DNA from: Phoronis australis
Lineage: Eukaryota > Animalia > Phoronida
Direction: 5' to 3'
Assembly (NCBI GenBank): GCA_002633005.1
Contig: NMRA01000579.1
Location: forward strand, 147,658 to 211,657
Length of the DNA stretch: 64,000 nucleotides
The notes under the pieces were generated by a model, which made no database searches, was not told the origin of the DNA, and saw only the letters and a list, made by a program, of their open reading frames with translations. Position 1 is the first letter of the stretch. Each line of letters starts with the position of its first letter. The position numbers were made by a program, and so were the translations under genes. Of the stretch, positions 26,501-38,763 are shown piece after piece.

Positions 26501-29500
26501 ATTTTGACAAATGAATCTCATATTCACAACTTTTATAAAACTTTGTGTAGCAAGCAGTTTGCTTCATTCACCCCCAAATGAGATGCTGGGCTGCGTAACA
26601 CAATGTAAGCACTACCAACAACGTTTTGAAAAATTATTGCCATTCACACCAGGTATTATAGGAGCTTTAATAAACGATTGATACCAGCACTTATTTTTGT
26701 AAGAAATTGGTGAATTTTACCACACATGCAAGTTGGCATTCCTAATTTGACATGATGGTAACTTGGGTTTCATGATGTTTTGTTCCCACCAATCCACCTA
26801 AATACTACAGAATGGAAGTTTTGTCAAGTAGTTGTTAACACATCGCAGCTTAGAAATAAATAATTTATACCATGAAGTGTCTTTGTAACTAACAATTAAG
26901 TAAATATTCTCAGTAAGGGCCTTTCATACTAACGTCGACACGTCAACGGTTTGGGAGTTGCGGCCAGTATGAACGCTTAACTCCGGTCCTGGATCGCAGT
27001 TAACAGCTCCAGTTAACATCGCAGTTAACAGGTGGATTTAATAGCGCAGCGTCGACGCTGCGATGCAGTATGAACGCTTAACTTCGGTCCAATCGAAGTT
27101 ATCGCCAGGTGCCACTGTTATCGTCAACAGTTACAGGGTAGTGCCGTCACTAATAGCTGCTTATATTTTGCTCTAATAATAACCAATCGATTTAAAAATA
27201 AGTTTATTGTCACTTAGCACATGTAAATGTTTCCAAATTGAAACATTGAAAAACATCGATGAGGACAGCGACACCAACCGCTTACTTCAATGTTCATTAA
27301 CTACCGAAGCCAGTATGAACGGTCCAGTTAACTGCGCTGTTTATGTCGACACTCCACACAGACTGGAGTTAAGTCAATATGAAAGGGCCTAGTGACATCA
27401 TAATTTTGCTGAAGTATTTTAATTACGTTTCAGAAAGACCAAATGTCTGGTTGAAGCTGTTTAAGACACTTTTCAGGAAACAAACATGCATGTACTTTAA
27501 AGTCCGGATGATTTTGGACTTTGGCTCAATAATTTACATAAGCACTGTTGTTTGTTCAAAGGTTTGTCAACAAATACCAGGCTCTTTCAACCACTTTACC
27601 TGTGGCAACTACAATGAGATGAGTAGTTACTTGATGAGAATATCATTCACACTGCCATACACTTTAATTAGCATGGTCAAATCCAAGTACATCAGGTTAT
27701 TACAAGGCCCAAGGGAATACATGCAAAACATCTCTGTCGACAAGGCTAAATCAGATCAGAACCCTAATCTGAATTGAGCAAATACTACTGACCTTGACAG
27801 ACAGACTCCTCAAATATTCATAATTTATCCTAGTGTAAAACACATCTCTCAGGAGACATAGCTTTATCAACCAGCCTGTACTCACAGTCTGAGGTATTTC
27901 ACACCAACGCACATTGAACTAGGCATATCCCACAATGCTCAACAAAATCCTGCTAGATCTAGACAATTAACGTTTGAATCCCATGCAGCATAAAAGTCAA
28001 AATTGCCAACTAAAACTGCAATACACTTGCGTAGAAACAACTTTTGATTTTGACCACTCACCGCTATAAAGTTGGACTAAACGGGAAGTGATTTTGGGTT
28101 TTCCAAAGATCTCACAAATCGTTATCGCTCAAGACCAAGCTTGGCCAATAAAACGACACATCATGACGAGTCAGCATGTAGAGACTTGTCTCAAACAGTT
28201 CTCTGTCACCTCCTTCCCAACTAAGAAATCGCAACTATTTTGTTTAATGGACAATTCGGAAACCATTCTATAACATTAAGTGGTCTACATTGAAATTGTT
28301 TACGATGGAAGACTACTATTAGTCCCTTTTGATCAAGGTGGTTTTCGAGACTGGTGGTTTCTTTCTACAGCTAACGAGCTGTTGCTCTCAAGACCATGAG
28401 CAAAGTTTCTTCTCAGTTCGTTGTGAAAGCACCGCTTCTTCATAGAGACCAAGCATAAACCTAAGCAGGGAGGGGAACCTATAACCAGCCACCAGGCACT
28501 GTAGATTTTCAATTCATTTCTACATGGTTTTGAAATCTAATCATGTAAATGCTAAGATTACGGTATTAATATTTCCATTCAACTTCATGTAAAGCTGCTG
28601 AAATCAGGAGATTGTCCAGCTGTGTCAACAGTAGAGAAGAACTTCTTTAAACATAGTTCGGCTACAGTTACACATTACTGAAAAATTGATGGAGAAAATA
28701 TAACAAACTCAGGTTGAAAAACGAGCAATAAGTTCATTTTCAACATGCCATAGTAAAACAGACTTGAGGGAGAGTAGGGAGGGGAGGATGGAGGAGAAAG
28801 GGCAAGGAGAGGGATGGACGGATGGATGGAGGGGGGAAGGGACGGAAGGAGGTAGGTAGGGACGGATGGATGAAGGGGGGAGGGACGGATGGATGGAGAG
28901 GGGGAGGGAAGATGGATGGAGAGGGAAGGGACAGGTGGAAGGGCGAGAGAGTGATGGAGGGAGTGATGGAAGGAGTGATGGGGGTAACAGAAAGGATAGA
29001 GGAAGGCAGGAAGGGAGGGACCGGAGGTAAAAAAGAAGGATTCAGCAACATTAAAAAATATCCTGACCAATACCTCGTCAATGAAAAATCCCATGAACAC
29101 ACCTATCCTCTTTCTGAATACCAGACTTATTTTAACAGTCCAACTTCAAGACTTCCTACTTTCCATTCAACATCGATCTCTATTATACAATATTATTTTT
29201 CTGTACTGTACACAAAAGCTTTCTAATAACCGTGTTTCAACGTACACTGTAATACTCATTGTATATCAGTCATGAACAAAAACAAAAGGTAAAAGCATTC
29301 ATGTAAGCAAGCCTGTAGCCAGCTTATTACGTGACGTGACGTGCCGTGCCGTGCCGAGTGTTTGTCATAAAATCTAAAGATACACTGTGCAAATGTCACC
29401 CTACTGAACTACTGTGTACAATCAATCACTCCATTCCAGAGGCAACGTCCCTTATTACATTATCCACCAATATTTTTTTCGACTCTTGCGTGCGATGTCC

Positions 29501-32500
29501 AACCTCAATGTAGAACCCTGGGCTTTAACCCAAGCAGTTGTTCAGCTTAAGCAACACCCCCACCCCAATCCTGGGTTTCTCAATTCCATAGCCATGGACA
29601 GGCAATAGACCTCAGTCCAGTACAGAACCTATAAGTATCCATTATTATGTCTACCAAACTATATATTTTGCTTGTGGGTTGAATAAATATACTCCATCTC
29701 CTCTCTGTTGGTGATGTACAAGTATACACCAGATGGCAAAGTCAATTCCTACTCTCAAATGAATTCTGATGAACACCAGAAGAGGGATCTGAGATAAATA
29801 AACAATTTCTCCAACCATTCACAATAAATAATGCAAAGCTTATCAGTGTTTTTTTGTCCTCAGAATCTTTTCCTTTGTTCTTTTACATGCATCTGCTGAG
29901 AGCTGATGTGGATGCCAGAGATCTAGGCAGACTTTTTTGCGGACTCGTTACCAGCAGTCATACTTGGGGAGGATTGTCTTGCAGAACTAGCACAAATTTT
30001 GTGAAGAAGCAAGGGTTCTTCGTAGGTCAGGGATCACCTGGCTTTATTTCCAATGTAAGCTGTGGTGCACACTGTCCTCCGGCTATCCACTAGTCAACAA
30101 TAATAGTGAACACTACATTTTATATAGTTAATTTGTAGCTAAGCTACAACGCAGGGTAAAAACCTTGATTCTTTTGAACAAGATAAGGAACAGTAATCTC
30201 GTTCTACTCATCAATGAAGAACGGTTTGACGAAGCACCCAAGTGCTGTTTTTAAAACCTTTCATCTCACTGGCAGAGCTCAGATAGGTACCCAACCACAA
30301 TTTTCGAAGGAAAATATCTGCGTTCCAAAAGCCCCTTTACTATGGTATGCTGATGATGTTTTCAGGTTGTGTCTGTCAGGGGGGGGGTGGCCCTGGATCC
30401 CCTTAAATCATCCTGTGTCCCTAAATCTAAACAGGAACCCTTCGATTACATTTAATCACACGTTAAATCTAATCCATGGCTGATATGCTAGCTGTCTATT
30501 TGCTCCAAACCTGAGATTCAGAAGACAAAGTTCAACCTTTGACACTTCCAAGAACTGTTTGGCCATCGGCTTGAGCAGTGAACAGACAGAACGTCACTGT
30601 CAATATGAGGAATTAATAAACGTCTGACTGGATATTTGCCTTTCTCGTTAACAAAAATGTGCAAACGAAGAATCAAAGTAGGATTTACTGTGCTGATTAG
30701 ATAAAACCCAGGGTGCCTGAACGGAAAAACTACAAAAATGCTGTTAGAGCACGTCAACGGTGTAAAAACGATAATGACGTGGTGTGGTTTGACTTCCATT
30801 TTTTAATATTTGGATGGTTTATTGTCACAGACAATACGAAGTAAATGTTTGATGATCAAATCTGGAGGTGATCCAGTAATTTTGTAATTACATTCTATGA
30901 ATGACATATTCCATGTGAAATATTTCATGAAAATACCACAACAACTAATTGTAATTCTTTTACGCATGAAAATGGCACTATAAATTCAGAAATCCTACAT
31001 AAATCTGATGAAAAGTCATTCTTAATAGGTTGTAAAAGATTGATTGGGTGTTTTATGTCAATTCCGTGATGTTGGGCAGAAAATCATGTTATCTGGCGTA
31101 TCAGAAGATTGGACCAGAATAAGGACGCACAATGAGGGAGCAAATTGGCCACAAAAATACCGAAGTGATGTATCCCCAAAATGCAGTTCATAAAATAAGT
31201 ACGTAACTGTAATTTATCAAGCTTCCTTCTTGTTGCTTTTACTCGTACTCCCTCGGCCAATTTCATCAAGTCCGTAGGCGACACCATGTAAATTCTGTTG
31301 AATCTTCAATTAATCCAGAGTTGAATTACAGGCCCTGTCAGACTGACTAAACTCTGGTGTGAGCGGAGCGTCAACTTAAATTGCAAAGTTAACCGAACTG
31401 TTCATATCGGCTTCGGTAGTTACTGGACATCGAAGTGAATGGCACGTGACGCTGTTGTCATTGAAGTAATCGCAACGTAGCGCTGATGCATCGCGTGCAT
31501 GCTAAGACTTTTTAATGTGACAATTTGGTGACATTTATATGTGCTAAATGACATAAAACTTATTTCTAATTCCATCCACCATCCAGGACCAAAGTTAACC
31601 TCCATGTTAACACGAAAGGGCCTTATGATACACTAACTCTCTGCAAGATAAACCAATGAGACATTAATGAAGAACATGTGCAAGACATCAGACTGCATAT
31701 GCCAATTAAAACTGAACATCCCGGTGCTGCCGCCAGTGACCCCAATACCACCTCAGATTGTTTGGTGAAATGGGAAAAGATCCCAAGTTGCCAGAAGTTA
31801 CCACAACGAATATCAAAGTCAAACAACAATTTCCCAAAAATTTGTTTCAAAGTCCAAACTTTAAATCAGTAACAGTTTTTGTAAATTTAATACTTTTGGT
31901 CCATGATTGTTCTGTTTATTTCGTGAAATCAGTGTGTTTGCCACTCTCAGCAGTCAGCAAGCACCAAACACACTAATTACAAAAGTAAGTAAACACACGG
32001 AAGTTGGAATTGGTCGGAAAAAATTGGGCAAGATTGGGCCATGAAACATGAACTACCAGTGTATGCGATCACCTGCATTTTTCCTTATCAGGAATTGATT
32101 TCGAAATTGACGGGTGCATATTTTTACGGGGAGAAATTGATTGGTGCATATTTTTACGGGGAGAAATTGACGGGTGCATATTTTTTCGGGGAGAAATTGA
32201 ACAGGTGTATGCGTAATTTTCAGAGAACATCGTACGGCATGACACCTTTTTTAGTAAACCAGTTCAACATCAGTTTTTGCGACCTCACATTTTGTTTCGT
32301 CAACTGGGATTTTCCTCAAATTGCTAAATGTAACTTAAGTGCCAAGTCAGGTGGTGAGCACTGGACCTGAAAACACAAGACGCACCTCAAGAGCAAGCAA
32401 AAGTCGGTGTTGAATTTCCCAAGTGCAACTTACTTTCAAGTCTATTTATAGCATGGGGGATTTCCAAAGGGATTCCCTCAATCAGACCTTCATCTAGTAG

Positions 32501-35500
32501 GCATCCAAATGGACACCCTGACTCAAATTTTGACACCCTGATTAGCCTTTGACACTCAAGTAATGTAAGCCTGAGACAGCCAGTGCCTCTTTTAACTTGC
32601 TTTTCAGAATATCTCGACTTCATTGGCTTATCCATAATAAAACAGATTTAAGACAGGACAGTGTTTATTGCAGACTAGTGTCACCACAGAAACACAACAC
32701 TTTCAACTTTAACACCATCAGATACCCCGAGAAATTGGGATTATGCTAATTTTGGACGCCGATGCCCCATTTTTCAACTCCTGCATGAACCTCTGCCCTT
32801 ACTACATAGGCATGCATATAGTGACCCAGGGGGGGGGGGACATGGCTAGTATTAAACTCCAAACTCAACGGGAATTTTGCTTCTACTTAAAGCAAAACCA
32901 AGAATTTAAAGGCATTCACTAGTTTGAAACAAACTTGAAAAAAGTTACGAGCATTCATGTGCTTCTTGTTTCAAAGTCTACAAGCACCACACACATTCTC
33001 TCTTAACACTGGATTAAATTTGATTCTTGCAAACAGGAAAGTATTAGTTTATACATTTGTGAAAACAGTATAAAAACACCTATGAATGCTATGACAATCA
33101 GTGATGAATTAGACTTCTTAATGACGAGAAACACATGAAATGCTTAACACAAGAATAAGCCGAATAAGCCAAAGAAGGGGATACGATGATGAACCAAGGT
33201 GCTGACAAGTGACAACACTCTTAAAGGATGGCAATTTACAAGCATTTTCGTTTCCAAGCACTTGGCGTGCCTTCTCGTTAATTGATTTTCCAGTGAAAGC
33301 ACCATCATGTAAGTGTTGTCATGGTAAACACACAGAAGAACACAGACAATGACATCAATCAACACTGGTATTGGTTCTGAGGTGTTGGATGTTTACAAAC
33401 TGTTCTCACAACTGTCAAAACATTGAGTTATATGAACACTGCACACTATAGAGCTCTTCACACAACACCGGGGACAAGTAAAATTTTGCTCAGTCAAAAT
33501 TCGCAACCAAAATAAGGATCACAAAAAGCTCAGTTTGTACAGTGTAGATGTCATAAAATAGCATATGTAGAACTCTTCATTATTTACAGAATCGGCATTT
33601 GCAAAACAGGAATTAAGCAGTTGTTTTTTTTTTGTTATCAAAGCTCACTGTATTCCTCCCTTGTGGACAAAAATGCAATATTATTATCACGCACCGCGAT
33701 TCTGTTCTCCCCATCACATTCCTCAAAAGTTATACCTACAGTCCACTTTGAAACCAAAACCGGTATATTTTGTGAATTTTTAGAAACAAGTAGATATATC
33801 CGTTACATTGCCAGCTCAAAGCAAGAAATGGCATTGTTACAGGCAAAATAGGTCGCATCTGGGCACCCTATTAAAATAACAAGTGGAATGTGTATACAGA
33901 GTGTGGCACAGCACACTTATGAAAGACGATGGCTAGTTAATATTACCAAACAAATTCAAACATCAGCCAATACAAGAACCAACCAATGACAAAAGCAAAC
34001 ATTAGGCAGAAAACCTGGCCAACTCATAAACCAACTCAATTGTCTACACTACAAAAGCGCCTCATTGACCTAAGGTGGGAAGCTGGTTGATGGGATATTG
34101 TGAACATTAAATCATTCCAATACATTAACCAGGGGTCTCAATACGTGTAATAAATTACATTTGAATGGCACCACATATGTAACGGAACACTCGATCAGCA
34201 CACAAGGACTTGGGAACAGATCGGTGTGATTGTTGTACCTTTTCCATTGCAAGATTATTTCCATTATTAATTAGCTTTTGCTGTTATTTTCTTTCTTTTG
34301 AGAAATAAAATATTTACCTTAAAAAATACAGAAATAAATATTTGGTTTTCTTACTTAGCCGATGGTGGTAAAAAAACCCCAACAGCTTCCAACAGGCATA
34401 TAACATCTTCTTGAAAGTAACTGTCAATCTGTCATCACATTCCTAGGCTTTGTTTTAGTTTACAACGAACACCTGAACACCGGTATCCCTGCCTCCCCTC
34501 CCGCGGACAACTCTACTTCCCCAAGAGTTACAACTGACCCTCTGTGACAAATACCTTACACGAAATTGTCAGTTGTTTTCATGCCTAGAGTACAAACCAT
34601 TTCTAATAAGAATCCTATACAAACCATTTCAAATAATAATCCTCTAGTACAAACCATTTCTAATAAGAATCCTAGAATACAAACCATTTCTAATAAGAAA
34701 TCTAGAGTACAAACCAGTTTGAATGAGAATCCTAGAGTACAAACAACAAACCATTTCTAATATGAATAAAAACAGGAAGAAATCAGTGCCACCAAGCAAA
34801 AGCAGCTTTTCGAGAAAAGGCACGGGTATATTGCCCCATTTAATCTTGCACACTATGAGTTGAAGTGAGAAATGAAGCAGTACACAAGCACAACGCAACA
34901 CTTAGCTGCTGTTAAATTGCAGCCTACGTAAATAACCCCTGCATCAACATTGATTTTTAAACACATCCAATCAATAAACCATCTTTGAGATTTAAAAGTC
35001 TTAATTAAGATTGGTTTTATATTAATACCTCACAAATTTAAGACGCAAAATATGTGACAAACGAAAATTTGTTTTCAATTTTAATAAATTATAGGTTGCA
35101 CCAAATAAGGACTACGCCACAACTATGTTTTGAAACAGTGAAAAACATCCTGCAAATGTTATCCGGAGTAAGATATAAGGTGCCCCTATTTTGAGAACCT
35201 ATTTTATCTAGCTGGTTCTCAAATTACATGCATAGGTACGTTAGGAATATCAGACTATTGCTGTCAACTGGTCCCAGTAAGCAAAGTTATCTCACTTTTT
35301 AGAACTGAACTACCTGTCTGTCAAATGGTCCAGACCAGATGCCTGCAACTTTCAGTTCCAGCCCAGTTAGGTAATTTCCCAGTGACTAGAGTAATGATCT
35401 AAAGGTAATGGTCAGAGAAACCACAATAGTGATTCAGCTGATCAAACAAACAGCGTTTGCATTGACTGACATGATCACAGCTTACACTCACAGTTTGAAG

Positions 35501-38500
35501 AAATGTTAACACAAAAAAGATTCAAAGCACATTTCAAAGTACATAAAATATGCCAAATTCACTAAAAGAATTTCAAAAAAGTGTCAACACCCTTAAAATT
35601 CTTCTTCAGTTAGATTCGCTGCAAGAGCCAGATTCATTCTGTTGCGAATCTGACTTGATCTAAGAGTAAGCTTTTCAAAAGGTTTCAGATATTGCTGCAA
35701 CTGATAAAGCAGTATTTCGCCTTATTCACCTGGCTAAAAACAAAAATCAAATTAAGCCTTTGGCCCCATTAAATCTGTACCATGTTCTTACCGTGATAGG
35801 GTTCTATTTTCATTACCAACTCAAGCCACAGGGAATATGCTGGTGCACGTGTCACATTCGAATTCGCAAATAATTGAGGGTTGGCCAGTGCCAATAAATT
35901 CTGAATAGTTTTCTAGTTGCTGATTGTTTTAATGTTTTTGATGATAATGGAAATGTAATGCTGTTATGGTAAGGAATATTATGCGACCGACTTTATGAGA
36001 GTGAATGGTGCAATTCGATTTTTATCTTTAGCCACCAAAATAGGCTTAAAGGAAATTTTTAACTCCACAGATAGAGATCGGATTATATACTCTTAAATCT
36101 GCACTTCAAAACCACAGTAAACATTCCCTGGTTTATTCTTATCTTGTAAAATACTTGTGTGCAAGTGTTGCTGGCTGCATATTTTGCTCTTGTCAACTGT
36201 AGACTCATTATATGCTGATACGAACTTTGACCCTAGACTCATGAGACAGACAGCTGGCCAACAATGCAAACTTGGCCAGCACACATTGCTCAGCTAGACA
36301 ACAAGTGAAGGGAATGCTGCCAAAGAAAACCATATGGTGCAAGTCCACTTTTAAGAGCACAAAACTGTAAGCAACAACACTCAAACTTTGGGTGCTCAGC
36401 ATGTGGAACAACAGACAGCTACACACAGATCCATGTTTAGGGCCCAGGACCTGATCTCTAGACTCATCTAAGGCTTGAAACTAAACTAATGGTGTGCCAT
36501 ACAATGGGACAATTAATGAGACAAGTTCAGAGTACAGTGATTAGACACCAGAGCCAGGGTTCAAAACCTCTCTTCTAGAAGTATTTGTTCAGATTCCAAA
36601 ACAACACCATCATGTTCTCTTATCCTTCATTGTTTTCAAGAACTGAAATTGCTTTAAACAGTCCAGAATTCCATAAACAGCCATAGTGGATGGTGGCTGA
36701 TGTAAACCATCATGACTTGACCAGCAAGATTAAAACACTCAGTCTAAAGCAAAAACAAACTGTAGTGGAGAAAACTGGTTCTCAAAATTCAGGCATGTTA
36801 TATCCGACCATCACCATTTTACAACATATAGTAAATAGAACATTTTTTACCAGGAAGGGACATCTTATGGACCATTTAGATAATCTTTCGCTCCTTTAAA
36901 ATTAAAAACTCCATGAAATGAATTTCACTACAAATCAATCTGGTTTGAATCTTTTTACAAATAATGAACAATCTTTCTACATAAAATCAAATGTTCTCAA
37001 TATAAGCAAAGTCAAATACACATTATTTTCAAAAAATAATTGTTTAATTCGTGGTGGCACACCGAGAAAATGGCCGCCACAATTGAACTGCATGAAACGT
37101 CACTCTTTATGAATCGCCACTATAAGAGGCAAATGCATGCATGGCTATAATAGGAACACAAAGTTCATGAGGTAGCGCATGTGCAGCAAGTGTCCTACCA
37201 ATAGAAATGGCTGTATTCGGGTAGTCACGGAGTACTCTTCATCATTTGGAAGTGCGTTCTGTTATATAAATCTATTCAGATGTTAATAAGGGGTCTTTCT
37301 TCATTTGCACCACTAAGTGAATATTAAGAGACCCCCAATTACAAACTCTTCCATTTTAGCGATGCGTATTTACGAGTTTCAACTACGGAAATAAAGGAAA
37401 ATGCTGACACGTGATTTTAGCTCATTTGAAGCGTATAAAGATGGAGCATTCATTTGAAACCATGGAGACACCAGCCTGCATCTATGAGCAAAACACTTAG
37501 CAAAAACGTGCTAAAAAGTACATTATTTTGAATATAGGTACATGAGCCTTGAAATGTGCAATAACACTAAAGTATTTTTCACTGTATTATTAATTAGAAC
37601 TGTTAATGCTATTCAAACTTGGACATCATGACCATCTTCCAAAGTCAAGTACGTGCTTATTTGTTGACCATAGCAGCTCTGCGCCATCTTGACTGATGAA
37701 AGAACACTACTGCAAGGGCAATTGTGTGTCCAGTCTTTGATGCCTCATGAAAGTAAATTGAAGGCAATTGACAATATTTTCATTAACCTTAAGCACAACT
37801 GAAATTACCTGCATCATGAATCATCACCTACATTAAGCTTTTCGCATTATAAAGATATCATTTTGTAGACAAAATAGACCTTAAATATTGGTTATGGAGG
37901 TGAGAACTATCAAAGAGAAGTCATAAATTACGTCCAAAATTCAAGAGTCTTTAGGCCAATGATAGAGAGTAGTAGCTCAGCTAATGTGTAAGTTGCTCCT
38001 ACCACTTGTTTTGTGGACGATTCACTCGAATCCGGGAACAACCGAGGGCGAGGAGTTCCCATATAGTCCCACAGTACAAGCTATCAAACATGAGGGTCAG
38101 AGGGGTTGGCCATAACACAAGACTAGGCAAAAATAACAGGGTCTGAAATATTGCACCCATTCATTCCCGACTACACAAATATCTTAGACTACTAGTAATC
38201 TAATTCAACTACAATGGAGGAAAGGTTACATTAAATTTGACATTTTTTTTATTCACAGCAACCTAAATTTGTATACATATTTACTATTACATATTTTTGT
38301 ATGCATTAACCAAAGTCCATGAAACCAAGCCGAAGGCGTAGTCGTCACTCCCCCCTCTGACAGTGCACTACTGCTACTGCTAGGCCATGGCCTTGGTTGG
38401 GCTTGGTCCTTGCTTACCTGTGACCGGCTTTGTCTAAATGCATCCTGCAGTTACAATGCCAGTCTATTATGTATAATATCAAATTTAAGTAATATGTGTC

Positions 38501-38763
38501 ATCAGATTTAAATCTATACAAAATAAATTTAATCCAAATTACCGCAAGCGAATGAATTTTGAATCATGTCGTTGCTTGTCGCGACTGAATGAATCGCGAA
38601 TGCGACAGACGACAATCGGCTTTTTTCCACAATATGTTTACGTCCACTTTCATGTACTGCTTACCTCATATTTTATATGCAGTGGGTCGGAATCATCCAG
38701 AAACCTGATTGTCACCGTGTGTTCGTGACTTGCGTCGCTTTTAGGACTTGATTTTTTAAACAT
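8524..38763 (-). CDS. FRMD5: FERM domain-containing protein 5/3-like (FERM N-M-C + FERM-adjacent + acidic linker + C-terminal transmembrane helix), 577 aa, 13 coding exons
   Basis: Exons (-): 38763-38665, 24930-24826, 20962-20920, 19449-19371, 17744-17647, 16321-16201, 14293-14053, 13402-13314, 12645-12568, 12011-11943, 10682-10609, 9766-9681, 9075-8524; all GT-AG and phase-consistent, 1734 nt in total. Motifs: [80 protein letters not shown]; [24 protein letters not shown] followed by a YYNP tail, as in FRMD3/5. FRMD5 vs FRMD3 cannot be resolved (likely a single pro-ortholog). Confidence 0.92.
10743..10846. repeat. 33-bp minisatellite x3, each unit containing the hairpin TCACTTA-GCG-TAAGTGA
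   Basis: Units start at 10743, 10776, 10809 (tgtcacttagcgtaagtgattttacatcatgag). Confidence 0.9.
11147..11301. repeat. ~155-bp imperfect inverted repeat (hairpin; possible small MITE)
   Basis: gggtcaactggctaaggcacctgattggt pairs with accaatcagatgtgttagccaaatgaccc; outer arms tggctgcacttgatt / aatcaagagcaccca. Confidence 0.75.
13515..14112. repeat. ~80-bp tandem repeat derived from the 3' end of FERM exon 7 plus its 5' splice site (3 young + ~3 degenerate copies)
   Basis: Units at 14031 (authentic junction), 13951, 13871, 13792 and diverged copies near 13693, 13596, 13515; shared cagagatcagtttcacWtacc...tgaagg. Confidence 0.85.
16075..16113. repeat. Imperfect (TG)n microsatellite
   Basis: tgtgtgtttgtgtgcgtgtgtgtgtttgtgtgtgtg. 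Confidence 0.85.
16800..16972. repeat. Degenerate ~55-bp tandem repeat (ctgacccacttc core) bounded by gctgacaYcacgtg
   Basis: ctgacccaYttc near 16836, 16892, 16946; gctgacatcacgtg at 16801 and gctgacaccacgtg at ~16959. Confidence 0.55.
22549..22665 (+). repeat. 117-bp direct repeat, copy 1
   Basis: aggcttga...cccatctcagtgacagcacccatcaatcaattcaaggggag...gaagacaa; ungapped match to 23924-24040. Confidence 0.85.
23924..24040 (+). repeat. 117-bp direct repeat, copy 2
   Basis: Ungapped match to 22549-22665, offset 1375 bp. Confidence 0.85.
26917..27389. mobile_element. PIF/Harbinger (Tourist-like) MITE, 473 bp
   Basis: TIRs gggcctttcatact / aatatgaaagggcc (12/14 match), flanked by taa / tag (TWA-like TSD); subterminal repeats cagtatgaacg; no ORF. 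Confidence 0.7.
28767..29035. repeat. Purine-rich GGA/GGAT/GGAG low-complexity tract
   Basis: ~270 bp almost entirely G/A on + (ggatggatggaggggggaaggg...). Confidence 0.9.
29330..29356. repeat. (CGTGA)n/(CGTGC)n pentanucleotide microsatellite
   Basis: cgtgacgtgacgtgccgtgccgtgccg. Confidence 0.75.
31331..31622. mobile_element. Second, internally deleted copy of the same Harbinger-like MITE, in inverted orientation
   Basis: ggccctgtcagactgactaaactc...ttcatatcggcttcggtagttactggacat aligns to the reverse complement of 27260-27389; ends ...gaaagggcc|tta. Confidence 0.65.
32103..32200. repeat. 30-bp minisatellite x3+
   Basis: gaaattgacgggtgcatatttttacgggga repeated. Confidence 0.9.
34585..34760. 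repeat. ~30-bp minisatellite x5-6
   Basis: ctagagtacaaaccatttctaataagaatc units. Confidence 0.9.

Noticed and set aside
28675-29226. Pro/Ser-rich and Gly-rich ORFs of 120-141 aa
   Set aside because: Products of the polypurine low-complexity tract.
37965-38036. tRNA-like segment (gtagctcag...ctcgaatcc)
   Set aside because: Box A/B-like words only; the stems do not pair.
24931-38664. Nested protein-coding gene in the 13.7-kb FERM intron 1
   Set aside because: No ORF with recognisable motifs or a phase-consistent exon chain on either strand.
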